DNA from: Candidatus Pacearchaeota archaeon
GTDB taxonomy: Archaea; Nanobdellota; Nanobdellia; Pacearchaeales; GW2011-AR1
Length of the DNA: 64,000 bases
Assembly (NCBI GenBank): GCA_017609755.1
Contig: JAFCDI010000001.1
Coordinates: 4,400 to 68,399, forward strand
Direction: 5' to 3'
The notes under the pieces are model-generated. The model worked only from the letters and a program-made list of their open reading frames with translations. It ran no database searches and was not told the origin of the DNA. Below are positions 56,505 to 64,000 of the stretch, one piece after another; within the stretch, counting starts at the first letter, position 1, and every line of letters starts with the position of its first letter. The position numbers were made by a program, and so were the translations under genes.

Positions 56505-58954
56505 TCTAAATAAATTGCAGGCCTTTGGAGTTTTGCTTTTTTGGATATATTTAAAGGATCATACTTATTTTTATCATTAACCAAAAAAAGATTAATTTTC
56601 TTTGAAAATCTTTGATTAATCAAATTAATATCATATATCTCCTTATCTTTTGGAAGAATATAAACATAAATTTTCTTTTTATTCTCCACTAATTTAAGAA
56701 TATTGTTAATATCTCCAATCAATTTATCAATTGCTAAATCTTGCTTTTCAAAAATTTCTTTTATTTTTTTCTTATTCGCAATAGGCCATTTTTGTAGATT
56801 AATAAAATTTTTATTTCCTAGTTTATGCCAAAGTTCTTCTGTAATATGCGGGCAAAAAGGATGAAGCAATTTTAGAAAATTTTCTAAAATATTCTTGGAA
56901 GTTTTTAAAGGAAGAGCATCAAAAAGTTCTCTTAACTTAATTACGGCTAAATTATATTTAAAATTAGAAATATTTTCTTCAATCTCTAAAATACATTTAT
57001 TAATTTTACTCTCAATTCTTGTATCTGCTTTTCCAATTTTTACTTTATTAAAATATTCCATTACTCTTTTTATAAATCTAAATGCTCCTGAAATTCCTTT
57101 TTCACTCCAATCAATATCTTTATCTGGAGAAGCCATAGAAACTAAAAAAAATCTAGCTGTATCAATTCCATATTTTTCAGAAACTTCCTCTGGCAAAATA
57201 ACATTTCCTTTTGATTTAGACATAACAGAACCATCCTCTCCATGCAACATTCCTTGATTAAATAAATTTAAAACAGGCTCATTAAAATTCAATAATCCCA
57301 AATCTCTAAGAAATTTTGTATAAAATCTAAAATAAATCAAATGCATACATGCGTGCTCTTTTCCACCAATATATTGGTCTATAGGCATCCAATATCTAAC
57401 TTTTCTTTCATCAAATATTTTTTTCTGATTTTTAGAATCGCAATATCTTAAAAAATACCAAGAAGAATTAACAAAAGTGTCCATAGTATCTGTTTCTCTT
57501 TTAGCAATTCCTCTACATTTAGGACATTTAATTTTAATCCATTTTTCGTTTGTCTCTAAAGGGTTGCCCTTTCCAAATTCAACTTTATCTGGTAATTCTA
57601 TAGGCAAATCTTTTTCAGGAACAGGAACCACTCCACATTTTTCGCAATAAATGATTGGAATAGGAGTTCCCCAATATCTCTGTCTTGAAATCAACCAATC
57701 TCTTAATTTATATTGGGTTGCTTTTTTTCCTAAATTTTTCTTATTAAGATATTTAATTATCTCTTCTTTTGCTTTTTCACTTTCAAGTCCATTAAAATTT
57801 CCTGAATTAATTAAAGTTCCTTTTTCAACATAGGCTTTTTCTTTTACATTTCCTCCCTTAATAACCTCTTTAATTGAAATATTGTATTTTTTTGCAAATT
57901 CAAAATCTCTAAAATCGTGTGCAGGAACAGCCATTACCATTCCACTGCCATAATCAGCAACTACAAAATTTCCAATCCAAATTGGAATTTCATCTCCATT
58001 AATTGGATTTTTTGCATAAGAGCCTGTAAATACTCCCTCTTTTTCTAAATTTCCCAAATCTTTTTTACTAGTTGTTTTTATTTTCTTCAAAAAATTGTCA
58101 ACTTCTTCTTTTTGTTCTGCTGTAACTAAATTATTTAATTTAGAATGTTGAGCAGAAATAACCATAAAAGTAACTCCATAAATTGTATCTGGACGTGTTG
58201 TAAAAATAGGCCATTTCTCTCCATTAATTTCAAATAAAATTTCAACTCCCGAACTTTTTCCTATCCAGTGTTTTTGCATGGATTTTACCTCATCAGGCCA
58301 ATTATTAAGATTATCTAAATTATCATTTAATTCTTCTGCATAATCTGTTATTTTAAAAAACCATTGCTCTAAATTTTTAATCTGAACTTCAGTATTCTCA
58401 TGTCTCCAACATTTTCCATTGTGTACTTGTTCATTTGCCAAAACAGTATTGCATTGAGGACACCAATTAACAGGTGCTTTTTTTCTATAAGCCAATCCTT
58501 TTTCATACATTTTAAGAAAAATCCACTGGTCCCATTTATAATAACTAGAATCAGAAGTTTTCAGCATTCGGCTCCAATCATAACTTAATCCAAGAGATTT
58601 TTGCTGTCTTATAAAATTTTCAATAGAATTCTCTGTATATTTTTTTGGAGAAATTCCAACTTTAATAGCTGCATTTTCAGCAGGTAATCCAAGAGAGTCA
58701 TATCCCATAGGATAAAGAACATTAAATCCCTTCATTCTTTTAAATCGAGCACAAATATCTCCAATAACATAATTAAAAGCATGCCCCATATGTAATCCAG
58801 AACCAGAAGGATAAGGAAACATTTCTAAAATATAAAACTTCTTTTTTTTACTTTGTTGCTTAACTTCAAAGATTTTTTTATTTTCCCAATTTTTCTGCCA
58901 TTTGGATTCAATTTTTTTAAAATCTATTTCCATGAGAAAATAAAAACTCAGCAA
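56501..58954 (-). CDS. leuS: leucyl-tRNA synthetase (archaeal type)
   Basis: MFPYPSGSGLHMGHA (HIGH), VMSKSKGN (KMSKS). 817 aa. Confidence 0.85.
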   Translation of the reverse strand: MLSFYFLMEIDFKKIESKWQKNWENKKIFEVKQQSKKKKFYILEMFPYPSGSGLHMGHAFNYVIGDICARFKRMKGFNVLYPMGYDSLGLPAENAAIKVGISPKKYTENSIENFIRQQKSLGLSYDWSRMLKTSDSSYYKWDQWIFLKMYEKGLAYRKKAPVNWCPQCNTVLANEQVHNGKCWRHENTEVQIKNLEQWFFKITDYAEELNDNLDNLNNWPDEVKSMQKHWIGKSSGVEILFEINGEKWPIFTTRPDTIYGVTFMVISAQHSKLNNLVTAEQKEEVDNFLKKIKTTSKKDLGNLEKEGVFTGSYAKNPINGDEIPIWIGNFVVADYGSGMVMAVPAHDFRDFEFAKKYNISIKEVIKGGNVKEKAYVEKGTLINSGNFNGLESEKAKEEIIKYLNKKNLGKKATQYKLRDWLISRQRYWGTPIPIIYCEKCGVVPVPEKDLPIELPDKVEFGKGNPLETNEKWIKIKCPKCRGIAKRETDTMDTFVNSSWYFLRYCDSKNQKKIFDERKVRYWMPIDQYIGGKEHACMHLIYFRFYTKFLRDLGLLNFNEPVLNLFNQGMLHGEDGSVMSKSKGNVILPEEVSEKYGIDTARFFLVSMASPDKDIDWSEKGISGAFRFIKRVMEYFNKVKIGKADTRIESKINKCILEIEENISNFKYNLAVIKLRELFDALPLKTSKNILENFLKLLHPFCPHITEELWHKLGNKNFINLQKWPIANKKKIKEIFEKQDLAIDKLIGDINNILKLVENKKKIYVYILPKDKEIYDINLINQRFSKKINLFLVNDKNKYDPLNISKKAKLQRPAIYLE

Positions 58955-58964
58955 CTTTTAAATA

Positions 58965-59504
58965 TTGTCTTATACTAATAATAGCATGAAAAAGATAATT
59001 GCTCATTTAACTGGACAAATTGTTTCAAGTAATACTTCTGAGGCAAAATTTCTTCATAAAAAAAGTAGTTTCGGAGAAATAATAGATGATAAAATCCAGT
59101 ATTCTTTAGCAGAAACTCTATATTTATTAGAAAAAGGAAAAATGGAGATTAATTTCCGTTCAAAAAAACTCTCAACAAAAGAACTACTAAATAAATTTAG
59201 AAGAATTGATAAAAGAATACAACTAAAATATCCTGTATTTAGAAATTTAAGAGAAAAAGGTTATTTAGTAAAAACCGCTTTAAAATTTGGAGCAGATTTT
59301 AGAGTTTATGAAAAAGGAGCAAAAATAGGAAAACAGCATGCAAAATGGATTGTGTTTGTTGATTCTGAGACAAATAAAATCACTTGGCATGAATTTTCTG
59401 CAAAAAATAGAGTTGCTCATTCAACAAGAAAAAATTTACTTCTAGCAATAGTAGACGAAGAAAACAGCATTACTTATTATGAAATTAGATGGTTAAAGCC
59501 TTAG
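58965..59504 (+). CDS. endA: tRNA-splicing endonuclease (EndA, homotetramer-type about 180 aa)
   Basis: LKFGADFRVYEKG...HAKWIVFV...RVAHSTRKNLLLAIV carries the catalytic Tyr/His/Lys region of the archaeal splicing endonuclease. Confidence 0.8.
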   Translation: MSYTNNSMKKIIAHLTGQIVSSNTSEAKFLHKKSSFGEIIDDKIQYSLAETLYLLEKGKMEINFRSKKLSTKELLNKFRRIDKRIQLKYPVFRNLREKGYLVKTALKFGADFRVYEKGAKIGKQHAKWIVFVDSETNKITWHEFSAKNRVAHSTRKNLLLAIVDEENSITYYEIRWLKP

Positions 59505-59554
59505 ATTTTTTAATTTTATCTTAATCTTTAGAAATTATAATCTTAAAAAGATTT

Positions 59555-60238
59555 CTATTTTTTCTTAATTTTATCCATAATCCAAATTGTGGCATACATA
59601 AAGGGTGTATCAATAAGAGCTATTAATATTTTCAAAACCCATTGCCCAAAAATAAGAGGCCAAATTGGAAAAATTCCATAAAATGCGATTGTTATAAAAA
59701 TTATAGAATCAATAAATTGGCTTACAATTGTTGAGGCATTATTTCTTAACCAAAGATATTTTCCTTTTGTCTTTTTTTTCCAAAATTGAAATGCCCAAAC
59801 ATCGTGATTTTGACTAACAATATATGCAAGAAAACTCGCAATTACAATTCTAGGAGTTAAAGCAAGAATTTTTGAAAACATTTCAGAAATTTCTAAAGCA
59901 TAGGATGCAGATTCCCAAGCAAGAACAATATAAACAGAAATTATTAAAACAAGATTTGCAAAAAATCCTGCCCAAACAGCTTTTTTTGCTTTAGATTTTC
60001 CCCATTTTTCAGAAATTATATCTGTAATAAAAAAGGTCATTGAAAAAACAATTACTGATGCTGGAACCGTTAAAGGACCAAAAACAACAATTTTATTTGC
60101 AAAAATATTGGCCATCACAACTAAAGAAGCTACAAAAGCAATAGGAAACTCTACCCCATATCTCTTTCCTAAGATTCCTGCAACAGAACCAATTGCAAAT
60201 GTTGCCAAAATCCAAATTATCACCAATAAAATTGACAT
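59555..60238 (-). CDS. YhhQ/DUF165-family (queuosine-precursor / vitamin uptake transporter-like) membrane protein
   Basis: 227 aa, 6 TM. N-terminal region similar to the Vut_1 family as recalled. Confidence 0.5.
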   Translation of the reverse strand: MSILLVIIWILATFAIGSVAGILGKRYGVEFPIAFVASLVVMANIFANKIVVFGPLTVPASVIVFSMTFFITDIISEKWGKSKAKKAVWAGFFANLVLIISVYIVLAWESASYALEISEMFSKILALTPRIVIASFLAYIVSQNHDVWAFQFWKKKTKGKYLWLRNNASTIVSQFIDSIIFITIAFYGIFPIWPLIFGQWVLKILIALIDTPFMYATIWIMDKIKKK

Positions 60239-60300
60239 ATTTTCTATAGTCTATTCTAATTTATAAAAATATTTATAATCTAGCTGTTCTTGAATTAACT

Positions 60301-61194
60301 ATGCCTGCTCAAGACACATCAAAAATAAAAGAAAAAATACTAGAAATTCTAAGAAGAAGAGGACCTTGCCTTCCAGTCCATATTTCAAGTGAGATAAATA
60401 TGAGTATTTTATTTACCTCTGCTTTTCTCTCTGAACTAGTTTCTGAAAAAAAAATAAGAATGAGCTATATGAAAGTTGGAAGTTCACCTATTTATTTAAT
60501 TCCAGGACAAGAGAATCTTTTAGAGAAATTTGCATCCTATCTCAAAAGTAAAGAAAGAGATGCATTTGAATTGCTTAAAAAAAATAAATTTTTAGTTGAT
60601 TTCCAACAAGAGCCAGCTATTAGAGTTGCATTAAGAGCAATAAAAGATTTCGCAATTCCTTTTGAAGAAAAAGACAAATTAATTTGGAAATATTATACAG
60701 AAAAAAGTTCTGGAATTAGATTAGCTGCTCCAATTGTACACTCAAAACCACAAATAAAAAAAGAGGAAATTTTAGAAAAAAAAGAAGAAAAAAATTTAGA
60801 TATTTTTGAAAAAGAGAAAAAAGCCCAAAAAGAGATTTCTAAAAAAACAACTTCTAAAAAAACAACTCGTAAAACATCTGCTTATGATAAAAAAAATGAA
60901 AGATTCTTTAATAAAGTAAAAGAATTTTTAGATAAAAAAGAAATTAAAATTTCTGATATTGAAGGTTTTAGTAAATCCGATTTAATTTTAAAGGTAGTTG
61001 ATGGAGGAACAGAAAAAATTCTAGTTGCATATAATAAAAAAAGAATAGGTGAAACTGAAATACTAAATGCATATAAAAAAGCTTCAGAAAAAGAACTTCC
61101 TTATATGATTTTAAGTCTTGGAGAACCTTCAAAAAAACTCATGAATTTTGTAAGAGCAATAAGAAATCTATCTAAAATTTACAAAATTACATAA
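60301..61194 (+). CDS. winged-helix domain protein, function unknown
   Basis: N-terminal KILEILRRRGPCLPVHISSEINMSILFTSAFLSELVSEKKI is wH/MarR-like. 297 aa. Confidence 0.3.
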   Translation: MPAQDTSKIKEKILEILRRRGPCLPVHISSEINMSILFTSAFLSELVSEKKIRMSYMKVGSSPIYLIPGQENLLEKFASYLKSKERDAFELLKKNKFLVDFQQEPAIRVALRAIKDFAIPFEEKDKLIWKYYTEKSSGIRLAAPIVHSKPQIKKEEILEKKEEKNLDIFEKEKKAQKEISKKTTSKKTTRKTSAYDKKNERFFNKVKEFLDKKEIKISDIEGFSKSDLILKVVDGGTEKILVAYNKKRIGETEILNAYKKASEKELPYMILSLGEPSKKLMNFVRAIRNLSKIYKIT

Positions 61195-61232
61195 ATAAAA
61201 AGCTTTAAAAAACAATTTAAATTCTGTTTAAA

Positions 61233-61424
61233 ATGGGAAAAATAAAATCAAAAACAATTAGAAGATCTTCACAAGCACTAATTGAAAAAGGAATAGAGTT
61301 TGAAGAGGATTTTGAAAAAAATAAAAAAATATTAGGAAATACAATGCCTAGTAAAAAATTAAGAAATCGTATGGCTGGATTTTTAGTGAGAGAGAAAAAA
61401 CAGAAAAATAAAAATCAACCTTAA
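61233..61424 (+). CDS. rps17e: 30S ribosomal protein S17e
   Basis: MGKIKSKTIRRSSQALIEKG...PSKKLRNRMAGF matches S17e. Confidence 0.8.
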   Translation: MGKIKSKTIRRSSQALIEKGIEFEEDFEKNKKILGNTMPSKKLRNRMAGFLVREKKQKNKNQP

Positions 61425-61455
61425 AACTTTTAAATTAACTAATTCTAGTAATTTT

Positions 61456-61527
61456 GGCTACATAGTTCAGTGGTAGAACGCTAGTCTCATGAGCTAGAGG
61501 TCCTGGGTTCAACTCCCAGTGTAGCCA
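61456..61527 (+). tRNA. tRNA-Met(CAU), elongator-type (G1:C72), no intron. Could alternatively be the Ile2 (agmatidine) tRNA.
   Basis: Acceptor ggctaca/tgtagcc, D gttc/gaac, anticodon stem ctagt/gctag, loop ctCATga, T-arm ctggg-ttcaact-cccag. Confidence 0.85.
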
Positions 61528-62154
61528 TTATAATCGATTTAATCTTTCCTTATGTTTGGGATTAATAAAACCTATTTTTCTAGCGAAAATTTTAAGATTT
61601 TTCCTTCCATTAGATTGAATCCTATACTGTTGCTTCCATTTCCAAACTTTAGTTTTTCTTTCATAAAATTTACAATTAATTTCAGAATCATTAAAGAATT
61701 TACAAATTTGTTTCATTAACTTTTTAGATATTGAACTAGCTTCTAAACGAGGATATAAAAGATTAGGGTTTTTAGTTAGTACTAAACTTCCATCAGCGGC
61801 AAAATATCCTTGTACAACATATTTTACCAAATTACGTTCATAAAATAATTTTGGAATATTAATTGTGTTTCCTTTCTTTCCAATAGGAAACCCTAAAGAA
61901 GCCATAAAATCAAATAATTTAGCATCTGTAAAATTAAATTCAATTACTCCATACTTTGGCCTTAATTTAAAATTAGTTTCTTTTCCTCTTAATTTTCTTA
62001 AAATAGGAACAATAATCTCATGAACAAAAGAGCCATCATCATGAATGCAAGAAGAAATTGTAATAAATTTCATATTTCTTCTAATTAAACTTAAAGAGCC
62101 GTCATCCAACAAAATTCCATAAAAAATAGCGAAATTTTTGTTTATTTTAAACAT
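61528..62154 (-). CDS. free-standing LAGLIDADG homing endonuclease (double-motif)
   Basis: Two LAGLIDADG motifs, ILLDDGSL and GYFAADGSL. 208 aa. Stop codon abuts the 3' end of tRNA-Met. Confidence 0.7.
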   Translation of the reverse strand: MFKINKNFAIFYGILLDDGSLSLIRRNMKFITISSCIHDDGSFVHEIIVPILRKLRGKETNFKLRPKYGVIEFNFTDAKLFDFMASLGFPIGKKGNTINIPKLFYERNLVKYVVQGYFAADGSLVLTKNPNLLYPRLEASSISKKLMKQICKFFNDSEINCKFYERKTKVWKWKQQYRIQSNGRKNLKIFARKIGFINPKHKERLNRL

Positions 62155-62288
62155 AATATAAATAAGATATCAAAATTTTATAATCATTGCCCTTATGTTC
62201 TTCCTATATAAAAATATCTAAATTAAAAAAAGCTAAAGGGTTAAAATCCCTCCAGAGACATTTTCAATCTTTTTAAATAACAAATAAG

Positions 62289-62735
62289 TTAATCAATCTC
62301 TTTTCTTATTTTTTCTGCATATTCTTTTTCTTCATTGTCTTTATACTTTTTTGTTGGCCAAAAATTATCCATTCCATCATTCTTCCAACGAGGAATCAAA
62401 TGAAGATGAAAATGAGGAACATCTAATCCTACAACAGAAAGAGCAACATAATCTGGTTTTAGAGTCTTTTTAAGAGCAATTACAATATCTTTTGATTTTA
62501 TAGTTAAATAACTTAAAATTTTGTCTGGAACCTCATAAAACCACTGAAAATGTTTTTTTGGAATAACTAAAACATGTCCATAATTAACAGGATTTATGTC
62601 AAGAAAAGCCAGAATTTTTTCATCCTCATAAACTTTATTATAAGGAATTTCTCCTTTAATTATTTTGCAAAAAATACAATTTTCCATAATACAAATAAAA
62701 TAAAACAATTTAAGAATTTTTCTAAATTGTTTCAA
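62289..62735 (-). CDS. HIT-family (histidine triad) nucleotide hydrolase
   Basis: CIFCKII N-terminus and the HFHLHLIP histidine triad. Confidence 0.8.
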   Translation of the reverse strand: MKQFRKILKLFYFICIMENCIFCKIIKGEIPYNKVYEDEKILAFLDINPVNYGHVLVIPKKHFQWFYEVPDKILSYLTIKSKDIVIALKKTLKPDYVALSVVGLDVPHFHLHLIPRWKNDGMDNFWPTKKYKDNEEKEYAEKIRKEID

Positions 62736-62781
62736 ATATATTTACAATTAATTAATAAAATAAAAAATAAAAAATTACTAT

Positions 62782-62982
62782 TTATTTCTTTTTCTTTTTA
62801 ACAGGTTTCTTTTTGGCAAGTTTTTTCTTAACAACCTTTTTCTTAACAGGCTTCTTTTTAGCAACCTTCTTCTTTACTAGCGCCCTTTTCTTAACAGGCT
62901 TCTTTTTAGCAACCTTCTTCTTTACTAGCGCCCTTTTCTTAACAGGTTTTTTCTTAACTGCCTTTTTCTTTTTAGCTGGCAT
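62782..62982 (-). CDS. 66-aa lysine-rich basic repeat protein (histone H1/Hc1-like low-complexity chromatin or nucleic-acid binder candidate)
   Basis: MPAKKKKAVKKKPVKKRALVKKKVAKKKPV.... SD GAGGTG 4 nt upstream. Built on a 48-bp tandem repeat. Confidence 0.5.
   Translation of the reverse strand: MPAKKKKAVKKKPVKKRALVKKKVAKKKPVKKRALVKKKVAKKKPVKKKVVKKKLAKKKPVKKKKK
62843..62938. repeat. perfect 48-bp tandem direct repeat (2 copies plus a degenerate third) encoding KKRALVKKKVAKKKPV units
   Basis: ttaacaggcttctttttagcaaccttcttctttactagcgcccttttc occurs twice in immediate succession. Confidence 0.75.
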
Positions 62983-63101
62983 TTATCCACCTCACTTTTT
63001 AATTAATAATATTAAGAATAAAATCTTTAAAAAGTCTTCGGTAAAATTTTTAGTAAGAATTAATTTTTCCGACGATAAAAAAAGAGTCTATTAGAGATTT
63101 G

Positions 63102-64000
63102 TTATATTTCTTCAAATTTTTTATTTTTCTCAATTAATTCTTTTAAAACATTTACTAGCTCAGAAATTTTAACTCTAATCTGTTTAGTGGTATCTCTGTC
63201 TCTAATAGTCGCATCTTTATTTTTCAAACTTTGATCGTCAATTGTTATACAAAAAGGAGTTCCTATTTCATCATTTCTCGCATATCTTCTTCCAATACTT
63301 CCTGATTTGTCATAAGCCACATTCCATTCTTCTCTTAAATCTCTTAAAATTTCTTCAGCAATTTTTTCAAAATCTCCTCTTTTAACTAATGGAAAAATAG
63401 CTGCTTTTACAGGAGCTATTTTTTTGGGAAATCTAAACATGCTTCCTTCTTTTCCAACATCATAAAAAACATCTAACAAAGCCCAAATATTTCTATCAAC
63501 TCCAAAACTTAATTCCAAAACATGTGGAAGAATTTTTTTATTTTCATAACTAACTTCTAAATTTTTCTTAGAGACTTTAGCATGTCCTGATAAATCATGG
63601 TCTGTCCTATAATGAACTCCTGCAACCTCTTTAAATCCGCCCAAAGTATCAAAATCAATTTCAACATCAAAATGAATTTTATTATAAAATGCTCTTTCTT
63701 CCTTACTTAATTCTCTTAATCTAAATTTTTGTTTAGGAATTTCTAGAATTTTCAAATAAAATTCCTGAACTTTTAATGCATAATATAAATAAAATTTAGG
63801 AAGTTTTAACTTTTCATTGGCTTCTTCGCAAGTTATCTCTTCAATATTTTCTTTTTTAGATAATTTAATTCTAAGCTTCTTATTTTTAACGTCGTTCCAT
63901 TTCTCATGCTCTTCTATTTTATCAGAATCAAAAAAAATCTGTAATTCAGCCTGACTAAATTCTCTCAATCTAAAAAACATTTGTCTTGGAGAAATTTCAT
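63102..64000 (-). CDS. glyS: glycyl-tRNA synthetase (archaeal/eukaryotic type). C-terminal part only; the N-terminus lies beyond the window end.
   Basis: FRLREFSQAELQIF (motif 2), PHVLELSFGVDR (motif 3), anticodon-binding GRRYARNDEIGTPFCITID. Confidence 0.8.
   Translation of the reverse strand, partial: EISPRQMFFRLREFSQAELQIFFDSDKIEEHEKWNDVKNKKLRIKLSKKENIEEITCEEANEKLKLPKFYLYYALKVQEFYLKILEIPKQKFRLRELSKEERAFYNKIHFDVEIDFDTLGGFKEVAGVHYRTDHDLSGHAKVSKKNLEVSYENKKILPHVLELSFGVDRNIWALLDVFYDVGKEGSMFRFPKKIAPVKAAIFPLVKRGDFEKIAEEILRDLREEWNVAYDKSGSIGRRYARNDEIGTPFCITIDDQSLKNKDATIRDRDTTKQIRVKISELVNVLKELIEKNKKFEEI

Noticed and set aside
1-64000. CRISPR arrays, rRNA genes, IS/transposase or prophage genes
   Set aside because: No spaced short repeats, no rRNA-like conserved blocks, and no integrase/transposase/capsid-like ORFs were seen. 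The only regular repeats are the 48-bp coding tandem (62843-62938) and short coding peptide repeats.

Overview
This AT-rich (about 27-30% GC), gene-dense window is clearly archaeal and most likely comes from a small-genome DPANN-type archaeon. Both strands are used, with no rRNA, CRISPR array, prophage or IS element. Archaeal information-processing genes dominate: TBP, TFE, MCM, ATP-dependent DNA ligase, aRF1, aIF1A, aIF2-beta, L15e, S17e, NAC, Sec61-beta, RpoL, RadB, FtsZ, MinD, ScpB, tRNA-splicing endonuclease EndA and deoxyhypusine synthase. Eight aminoacyl-tRNA synthetases (Val, Met, Asn, Asp, Pro, Ala, Leu, Gly-partial) plus GatD and GatE are packed into 64 kb. There are four tRNA genes: Ile(GAU), Asn(GUU) and Arg(UCG) carry canonical-position introns with bulge-helix-bulge (BHB) geometry, the Arg intron being about 73 nt; elongator Met(CAU) has none. 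Observations worth a second look: (1) a bacterial-type DisA diadenylate cyclase immediately followed by a stand-alone DHH/DHHA1 phosphoesterase, a putative c-di-AMP synthesis and turnover module; (2) a superoxide-reductase locus in which a desulforedoxin-like N-terminal domain is out of frame at an A7 run, beside a small ferritin/rubrerythrin-like gene; (3) a 410-bp non-coding gap with GC-richer patches and a perfect 9-bp hairpin, a candidate structured ncRNA; (4) a free-standing LAGLIDADG homing endonuclease abutting tRNA-Met; (5) lysine-rich (KKKPVKKK) repeat modules, both as a 66-aa protein built on a perfect 48-bp tandem repeat and as the C-terminal tail of TFE; (6) MetRS with its tRNA-binding C-terminal domain on a separate, convergent gene; (7) an orphan AbiEii-like nucleotidyltransferase; (8) a membrane-anchored Schlafen/AlbA_2-domain protein; (9) two pairs of tandem paralogous small proteins of unknown function. 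All calls are by-eye motif recognition; none has been database-verified.
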